A stretch of DNA of 64,000 nt, from the NCBI GenBank assembly GCA_050331735.1, contig JBHJGN010000001.1, positions 37,869 to 101,868 on the forward strand, given 5' to 3'. The stretch's first letter is position 1, and every line of letters starts with the position of its first letter. Shown here in pieces: positions 57,836 through 64,000 of the stretch. Made by a program: the position numbers and the translations under genes. This DNA comes from Cyanophyceae cyanobacterium (GTDB lineage Bacteria; Cyanobacteriota; Cyanobacteriia; Cyanobacteriales; JBHJGN01). The notes beneath the pieces were generated by a model. It made no database searches. It saw nothing but the letters and a program-made list of their open reading frames with translations, and had not been told where the DNA came from.

Positions 57836-60800
57836 TTGCTAGCTTATCGTTGGCTCAGGAAATTCGCTGTGCAAAAGAAATCTCTCACCGGAAAAACGAC
57901 GATTCCAGAATATCTCGACCAAGCAGAGTTCAAGGGAGAAGTTTTGCTTCAACTTGGACAAATGCTTCAGATGTTGAAGCAAGGGAATCACCCCGAATGC
58001 CGCAAACAGCTACAGGAGCAATGTCAGCAGCTATCAGAGCTTGGCCAAGAAGCCAAGCTTTATCAGTGGGTGACGCTGCTGCAAACGGCTCAAAGAGCGA
58101 TCGCCAATCGCGACAATCCGTTTCAGGAAACGGCGAAAAGAATTATCAGAGATATCAAACGGGCGTTAGAAAAAGTAATAGCAGGCTGCGGTGATGAAAT
58201 TGAACTCACTCAAGAACTGCAAGCTCTTGCTCCTCTTGAAAAGAGTTTAGAAGAGCCGCAATCAGTATCCAAACCTTCTGAAGGGGAGGCTAGCTCCCCC
58301 TCTGATGAGCTGCTCTCGCTGTTTGCGGATGTCTCTGATGAGGCTCGAACTGTCATCGAAGCGCCGCCTGACGACTTCGGCGACTACTGGCTTGAGGCAG
58401 CATCAGCCGCCGATCCTCCAGAATCAGCGGCTGAATTGGCCAGCTTGTTTAGCTCCTCTGAAGCGACTGAGGATGCGGCAACTCCGTCTTTAACCGACGA
58501 GAGCAGCTTATTTGGCGAGACGGAAGCGGAATTGAGTTCGTCCGATGAAATTCTTGAGCTGTTTGAGCCTGAGCCATCGAGCCAGCAAACAGACTCAGCC
58601 GATGCCCCGGTAGAGTTAGCAAGCCTGTGGGAGGATGAAGACGAACCAGAGTTATTAGCTGCCGCTCAGCCAGAGCCGTTGTTGTCGCCAGACCTGACAA
58701 CCGACGATTTCACCGTCCGTGATTCTGAATCGATGCCGCCGTCAGCAATACTAGCCCGTCAAGATTGGGAACTCGTTTACTATGGTCTTGACGAGCTAGA
58801 GGCTTTGCTCGAGCAAACCCCTCAAACCTGGTTTGCGTCTTTTGATGAGTTAGAAGCGTCGCTAGCAGGCGACTCCAGCGAGCAGGCGAATTTCTTGGAG
58901 TCGTTAGGGAGCCCCCTCGAGGCGCTGCCTGATAGCGAGCGTCAGCTACTAGACGAGGGGACTACCGAGCTTCAGAAACTGCTCGAGGAGGCCAGCCAAG
59001 TAACGCCACAGCCTCAATCGGCCAGTAGCCAACCGCTGGCGACAGCGTTTGAACAAACCATGCGGGTGCCAGTGAAGCAGTTGGATACTTTAAATAACCT
59101 CATTGGGGAACTGGTCGTCAACCGCAATACCCTCGAGCAAGATCATGGCAGGCTGCGGCAGTTTTTAGACAGTTTACTGCATTACGTCCAGGGTCTGAGC
59201 GATATTGGCGGTAGAATGCAGGAACTCTACGAGCGATCGCTGCTGGAGGGAGCACTGCTAGCAAGCCGTCACGGAGAGCGCAACGATTGGTCTGAACCGA
59301 GCGCTAGCAGTAGCGATCGCAGTCTTAATGCCCTAGAGATGGACAGATTTACGGGCTTTCATACCCTCTCCCAAGAGATGATTGAACTGATCGTGCGCGT
59401 CCGAGAGTCTGCTTCGGATATCCAGTTTTTGGTAGACAATACCGAACAGGTTTCTCTATCCCTCCAGCAAATTACCTCTCAGCTTCAAGAAGGTCTCAAT
59501 AAAGCGCGCATGGTGCCTTTTTCTCAAACGGCAGACCGTTTACCCAGAGCCGTTCGGGAAATTTCGCGGCGCTTAAATAAGCAAGCGCAGCTCAAAGTAG
59601 AAGGACGAGATGTTCTCATCGATAAGATGCTCCTCGAGCAGCTCTACGATCCGATGACTCATTTGGTGAACAACGCCATTACTCACGGCATCGAATCGCC
59701 AGAAGAACGCCAGCAGCAAGGGAAACCTCTCTGCGGTCAGGTGACCGTTAGTGCTTTTCTCCAGGGAAATCAAACGATCATTTCCATTGCCGATGATGGC
59801 GCGGGCATTGATTCGCGCAAAGTCAAAGCAAAAGCCTTAGAAAAAGGACTGCTCTCCCCGGCCAAGGCTAAAGCTCTGGCGCATCAAGATTGCTACGAAT
59901 TTTTGTTTCATCCCGGTTTTAGCACCAAAGACAAAGCGGACGACTTCGCCGGTCGCGGAGTGGGGATGGATGTAGTGCGGACCAGTCTAGAGGCCATTCG
60001 CGGCAAGATTGGCATTGATTCTACTCTGGGGAAAGGCACGACCTTTACCGTTCGTCTGCCGCTAACGCTCAGCATTTGTAAGGCTCTCTGCTGTTTGAGC
60101 AATCAGTTCCGCATTGCTTTTCCCATGGATGGCGTAGAAGACATGCAGGACTACGCCGCGTCAGATATTCAGACCGATGCAGAGGGTCAGCCGTGCGTTC
60201 CGTGGCGCAATACCCTCCTGCCTTTCCGTTCTCTCAAAGAACTGCTGTCCTATCGTCGCTCGGTTGGTCGGAGAATGAGAGGCACTCAGTCAGAAGACAC
60301 CGTGTCGATTGTCGTCCTGCGAGGAGCGGGAACCTTACTCGCTGTCGAGGTCGAACGGGTACTTGGGGAGCAGGAAATCGTCATTAAGCAAATTGAAGGC
60401 CCCATTCCTAAGCCTTTGGGCATTGCCGGAGCAACTGTACTTGGAGACGGTAGCGTCATGGCCATTGGTGATGTGCTGGAATTAATTGAAATCGCTCAAG
60501 GAAATCACAGCCTAGAGGGGCAGCTCTGGCAGAAGACCATTATTTATGCTCAACCAGAGGCGATCGTCGATCAAAAACCAGCGGTGTTAATTGTTGACGA
60601 CTCCATTACTGTTCGAGAACTGTTGTCGATCAGCTTTAGTAATGCCGGATATCGCGTTGAGCAAGCACGAGACGGCTCAGAAGCCTGGGAAAAGCTTCGC
60701 TCTGGACTAGCGTGCGATATCATTTTCTGCGACGTAGAAATGCCGAGAATGAACGGTCTAGAACTACTCTCCTGTCTGCAAAAAGACGAACGGTTAGCGT

Positions 60801-61411
60801 CGATTCCGGTGGCCTTACTGACCTCTCGCGGTGCAGCCCGTCATCGTCAAGTTGCCGTTGAGCTTGGAGCTAGAGGATACTTCACCAAACCTTACACCGA
60901 GAAAGATTTGTTGGATGCGGCGCAAAAGATGATTGCTGGAGAAGTGTTAGTCTCTGGCAGTCCTCGATCTAAATCAACAGCAGATAAACCGCCAGAAGAC
61001 GCAGAACCACCGGCAGAACCAACCGTGCTCATTGTCGATGACTCAGTGATGGTGCGAGAAATGCTGTCGATGACGTTTAAAAAAGCCGGTTATCAAGTGG
61101 AACAAGCCAGAGATGGACAAGATGCCCTGGAAAAGCTGCGCTCTAGCTTGCCCATCGATCTCGTTTTCTGCGACATCGAGATGCCGAGAATGAACGGACT
61201 AGACCTGTTAGCCCGTCTTCAGCAAGATCCCACGCTTTCTCAGCTCCCCGTAGCGATGATTACTTCCAGAGGAGCCGAACGTCACCGCAATATTGCCCAA
61301 GAACGAGGAGCTAAGGGCTATTTTACTAAACCCTACATCGAGAAGACCCTCTTAGAAGCAGCGAAGGAATTACTCAAAGGAGAAAACCTCATGGCGCAAG
61401 CAGCCGATTAA
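57836..61411 (+). CDS. CheA-like hybrid histidine kinase (dimerisation-HATPase-CheW-REC-REC), PilL-C/PixL-like, no recognisable Hpt
   Basis: 1191-aa ORF, start uncertain (TTG 57836, GTG 57869, ATG 57962). H-kinase dimerisation segment MRVPVKQLDTLNNLIGELVV. HATPase N-box HLVNNAITHGIE and G-boxes DDGAGID, GRGVGMD. CheW-like domain. Two receiver domains (60584-60943, 61025-61384). Confidence 0.85.
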   Translation: MLAYRWLRKFAVQKKSLTGKTTIPEYLDQAEFKGEVLLQLGQMLQMLKQGNHPECRKQLQEQCQQLSELGQEAKLYQWVTLLQTAQRAIANRDNPFQETAKRIIRDIKRALEKVIAGCGDEIELTQELQALAPLEKSLEEPQSVSKPSEGEASSPSDELLSLFADVSDEARTVIEAPPDDFGDYWLEAASAADPPESAAELASLFSSSEATEDAATPSLTDESSLFGETEAELSSSDEILELFEPEPSSQQTDSADAPVELASLWEDEDEPELLAAAQPEPLLSPDLTTDDFTVRDSESMPPSAILARQDWELVYYGLDELEALLEQTPQTWFASFDELEASLAGDSSEQANFLESLGSPLEALPDSERQLLDEGTTELQKLLEEASQVTPQPQSASSQPLATAFEQTMRVPVKQLDTLNNLIGELVVNRNTLEQDHGRLRQFLDSLLHYVQGLSDIGGRMQELYERSLLEGALLASRHGERNDWSEPSASSSDRSLNALEMDRFTGFHTLSQEMIELIVRVRESASDIQFLVDNTEQVSLSLQQITSQLQEGLNKARMVPFSQTADRLPRAVREISRRLNKQAQLKVEGRDVLIDKMLLEQLYDPMTHLVNNAITHGIESPEERQQQGKPLCGQVTVSAFLQGNQTIISIADDGAGIDSRKVKAKALEKGLLSPAKAKALAHQDCYEFLFHPGFSTKDKADDFAGRGVGMDVVRTSLEAIRGKIGIDSTLGKGTTFTVRLPLTLSICKALCCLSNQFRIAFPMDGVEDMQDYAASDIQTDAEGQPCVPWRNTLLPFRSLKELLSYRRSVGRRMRGTQSEDTVSIVVLRGAGTLLAVEVERVLGEQEIVIKQIEGPIPKPLGIAGATVLGDGSVMAIGDVLELIEIAQGNHSLEGQLWQKTIIYAQPEAIVDQKPAVLIVDDSITVRELLSISFSNAGYRVEQARDGSEAWEKLRSGLACDIIFCDVEMPRMNGLELLSCLQKDERLASIPVALLTSRGAARHRQVAVELGARGYFTKPYTEKDLLDAAQKMIAGEVLVSGSPRSKSTADKPPEDAEPPAEPTVLIVDDSVMVREMLSMTFKKAGYQVEQARDGQDALEKLRSSLPIDLVFCDIEMPRMNGLDLLARLQQDPTLSQLPVAMITSRGAERHRNIAQERGAKGYFTKPYIEKTLLEAAKELLKGENLMAQAAD

Positions 61412-61609
61412 GTCCCTTCGGGACGGGAAAAGGGGAAACAGTTCCTGCGGAACGGGGAAGGGGGAAAGGAAAATTCCTCCGGGACGGGGAAAGAACACAG
61501 AATCAAGGACTAGGCTGAGTAACCCCCTTTACCCTTTTCCCCTTCCCCTTTTCCCGCGCCTGTGGCGCTATTCCCTTTACCCTTTACCCTTTACCCGCGC
61601 CGACGGCGC
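61412..61609. repeat. full-length hairpin + G-tract composite repeat
   Basis: Starts 1 nt after the TAA of the cheA-like gene. Modules GTCCC-TTC-GGGAC+GGGAAAAGGGGAAA and GTTCC-TGC-GGAAC+GGGGAAGGGGGAAA. Core AAAGAACACAG at 61490-61500. C-rich arm with two terminal hairpins GCGCC-TGT-GGCGC (61556-61568) and GCGCC-GAC-GGCGC (61597-61609), separated by (CCCTTTA)x3. Confidence 0.9.
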
Positions 61610-61650
61610 TAAAATAGCGACAGACGAAAATTCAACAGATCGTTAACACA

Positions 61651-63240
61651 ATGCTTCTCAAAATCTCTCAGAAACAATTTTTGGCGTGTTCTTTTTTCCT
61701 GGGGTTGCTTTTTAGCCCATCCGTCAGAGCTGAAGAGATCGAAATTAAAGTTGGCATTGTTCAGCGCTTTGGAGATGAAGAGACTGATGAACTGACCATC
61801 GCCTCTCCTCAAGGAGATACGCTCACTCTCCGGGGTGAAGCGGTGGAGCTAGAGGCCAACCAAGTCGAACTAGAAGTGGAAATGCGGCCTTTGGCTATAC
61901 CGGCGGTGGAAGAACGGTTGGTGCTCAGCGATCACGCCACCTTTGAAACAGCAGAATACAGCGCTCAACAGTGGGAAGCCCTTGGCATTGAAGTAGAAGT
62001 CACTCAGCCCGAACGCTGGCAGGTCTGGGCCAAACGAGACGTGTATGAAACTCCGCTGCTGCGTCGGTGGCTGTTGCAGAGTCTCCAGGCTCAAGGATAC
62101 GCCGAGCCGTATTTAGATACTCAGGTTGTTTTAGAGAAGCCGCAGATTATTTTAAATGTTGATGGCGATCGCACGGCGGTCAGCGAGCTAGAAATTACCG
62201 CAGCAGGGGCGTTGATCCAGGTGAAAGAAGCCCCGGAGCAGAAAACTCACCTTTATCCAGGCTCTCTCAAGCTTCAGCCCAATGCCTACGGCACGTTTAC
62301 CTTAGTTAATGAAGTCCCCTTAGAAAGCTACCTGCGGGGCGTGGTTCCTCACGAAATTGGTCCAGCGGCCCCGAAAGGAGCCGCCGAAGCGCAGGCTATT
62401 ATTGCTCGGACCTATGCCCTCCGGAATCTGCGGCGGTTTCAAGCGGACAACTATGAGCTGTGCGCGAGCGTTCACTGCCAGGTTTATTTTGGGTTAGCCG
62501 ACACTCATCCCCAGGCCGACCAGTCGATCGCCGCGACCCGAGGCTTGGTGTTAACCTATCAAAATGAACTAGTAGACGCGCTGTATTCCTCTACTACCGG
62601 CGGGATTACGGCCCCGTTCAGCGATATTTGGAACGGCAGCGATCGCCCCTACCTTAAAGCCGTAATCGACTCGCCTCAGCCGGTTTGGGATCTTTCTCAA
62701 CGCTCCTTGGCTGACGAACAGGCGTTTCGGGACTTTATTTCCCTCCAGCAGGGATTCAATGAAACGGGCCGAAACGTTTTTCGCTGGAGCAAGCAGGGCG
62801 ACCTCGAGCAGCTCAACGAAGATTTACAGAAGTATCTAGAGAAAACTAATCATCCTCTGGCTGACTTCAACACCATTGAGAGCCTGGAGATCGTCGAGCG
62901 ATCGCCCTCGGGCCGAATTCTCAAGCTGATCGTGCAAACGGATCGGGGTTTGCTCGAACTGCATAAAACTGAGGTTCGCAGTGCTTTGGGTCCGCCCCGC
63001 AGTACGCTATTCTACATCGAGCCGATTTACGACGAAGCGCAAGTCCTCAAAGGATACACCTTTATTGGTGGTGGTTTCGGTCACGGGGTAGGCTTAAGTC
63101 AGTTTGGTTCCTACAATCTGGCCAATCTCGGCTGGTCTGCTGAGCAAATTTTGTCTTTCTACTACCCCGGCACCACTCTCCAGTCTCTTGACGAATCTGT
63201 TGTCTTTTGGCGGGCAGAAAAACCAAAAGAGCTAAATTAG
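61651..63240 (+). CDS. SpoIID/LytB domain protein
   Basis: 529 aa, signal peptide. SpoIID core YLRGVVPHEIGP....EA.KAQAI.ARTYAL, CAS.HCQVY.G, VL.Y....V.ALY.S..GG.T. Confidence 0.8.
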   Translation: MLLKISQKQFLACSFFLGLLFSPSVRAEEIEIKVGIVQRFGDEETDELTIASPQGDTLTLRGEAVELEANQVELEVEMRPLAIPAVEERLVLSDHATFETAEYSAQQWEALGIEVEVTQPERWQVWAKRDVYETPLLRRWLLQSLQAQGYAEPYLDTQVVLEKPQIILNVDGDRTAVSELEITAAGALIQVKEAPEQKTHLYPGSLKLQPNAYGTFTLVNEVPLESYLRGVVPHEIGPAAPKGAAEAQAIIARTYALRNLRRFQADNYELCASVHCQVYFGLADTHPQADQSIAATRGLVLTYQNELVDALYSSTTGGITAPFSDIWNGSDRPYLKAVIDSPQPVWDLSQRSLADEQAFRDFISLQQGFNETGRNVFRWSKQGDLEQLNEDLQKYLEKTNHPLADFNTIESLEIVERSPSGRILKLIVQTDRGLLELHKTEVRSALGPPRSTLFYIEPIYDEAQVLKGYTFIGGGFGHGVGLSQFGSYNLANLGWSAEQILSFYYPGTTLQSLDESVVFWRAEKPKELN

Positions 63241-63277
63241 AGGTGTAGAAAAGCGAGATAGCGTTCTGAAGGATGTT

Positions 63278-64000
63278 ATGTCTGAACCACTTCTTGAAGT
63301 CCCTTACGTAGCGCTTCCGCCAACTCAGGACGAGCTACCGTGCGATGACGATATTCCGATGGAAACTCAGCGCCACAAATTCCAGATGGATTTACTCATC
63401 GAGCAACTGCTGCTGTGGCTGGAGACGCGAGACAACGGCTATGTTAGTGGCAATATGTTTGTTTACTACAGCATGGCGCAGATTCGCAATCAGGACTTTC
63501 GGGGGCCGGATTTTTTTGCCGTTTTAGGCGTTCCTAAAAAAGAACGTAAAAGCTGGGTCGTTTGGGAAGAAGGCAAGGGCCCCGATGTGGTCATTGAACT
63601 GTTGTCTGACAGCACCAGAGATCAAGACAAGACGGAGAAAAAAGCCATCTATCAAAACCAGATGCGCGTTCCAGAATACTTCTGGTTCGATCCGTTTAAC
63701 CCTCAAGACTGGGCTGGTTTTGCCTTACGAGATGGAGTTTACGAACCCCTGGTGACAGACTGCCAACGCTTTGTGAGTCAGCAGTTACAGTTAGCTTTGG
63801 TTCAGTGGGACGGAACCTATAGAGGCGTGAATACCACTTGGCTGCGATGGGCAACCTTAGCTGGAGAACTACTGCCGACAGAGCGAGAAAAAGCGACGCA
63901 AGAAGAGCAGCGGGCCGAGCAAGCTGAACAGCGGGCCGAGCAAGCTGAACAGCGGGCTAGAGAGTTAGCCGCACAACTGCGAGCAATGGGCATCGAACCA
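63278..64000 (+). CDS. Uma2 family (DUF820) endonuclease, 3' end beyond the window
   Basis: Not on the ORF track because no stop lies inside the window. ATG 63278 is in frame to 64000 (241 codons). Core motifs YVSGNMFVYY, PDFFAVLGVPKKERKSWVVWEEGKGPDVVIELLS.ST...D...K...Y, VPEYFWFDP. Tail EQRAEQAEQRAEQAEQRARELAAQLRAMGIEP. Confidence 0.8.
   Translation, partial: MSEPLLEVPYVALPPTQDELPCDDDIPMETQRHKFQMDLLIEQLLLWLETRDNGYVSGNMFVYYSMAQIRNQDFRGPDFFAVLGVPKKERKSWVVWEEGKGPDVVIELLSDSTRDQDKTEKKAIYQNQMRVPEYFWFDPFNPQDWAGFALRDGVYEPLVTDCQRFVSQQLQLALVQWDGTYRGVNTTWLRWATLAGELLPTEREKATQEEQRAEQAEQRAEQAEQRARELAAQLRAMGIEP

Noticed and set aside
57540-61609. Possibility that the ~30-nt periodic modules are CRISPR arrays
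   Set aside because: There are no unique spacers of constant length between identical repeats. The modules themselves vary and are arranged as inverted arms. No cas genes are in the window.
63684-63693. GGTTCGATCC, a tRNA T-arm-like string
   Set aside because: It lies inside the Uma2 coding frame (YFWFDP) with no acceptor or anticodon arms around it. No tRNA gene was found anywhere in the window.

Overview
This 64 kb window reads as cyanobacterial chromosome. The octamer GCGATCGC (HIP1) is scattered through genes and spacers. The gene set includes nblA, pxcA/cemA, a photosystem II S4-domain protein, a CCB1-like protein, a group 2 sigma factor and several cyanobacteria-type DUF proteins. I support about 55 protein-coding genes, nearly all housekeeping. 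They include an amino-acid ABC transporter, a Wza/Wzc-type polysaccharide export pair, msrA, rsmB, pyrH-frr, rpiA, anmK, priA, serA, prmA, recG, rpsB-tsf, murQ, an M50 protease, era and a SpoIID-like protein. I found no rRNA, tRNA, CRISPR array, transposase, prophage or recognisable defence island. Four things are not explained by the gene models. (1) A dispersed family of modular non-coding repeats occurs at eight loci. Each module is a covarying 4-6 bp mini-hairpin followed by a GGGGAAAGGGGAAA-type G-tract. Three loci are 155-222 bp composite palindromes that start at or within 1 nt of a stop codon. Two of these bracket the one chemotaxis-type gene in the window, and one locus supplies the last codons of a gene. 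(2) A Tat-signal flavoprotein carries a complete bc1/b6f-type Rieske domain inserted in the middle of an amine-oxidase/phytoene-desaturase fold. (3) An orphan CheA-like hybrid kinase lacks any recognisable Hpt histidine, has a long acidic linker with reiterated L-x-S-L-F motifs, and ends in two tandemly duplicated receiver domains. (4) There are several smaller items: an orphan terminator suggesting a small RNA or leader, heptamer-periodic tracts at gene ends, and an unannotated 31-codon hydrophobic ORF. Novelty cannot be established without database searches, and each finding states what would settle it.
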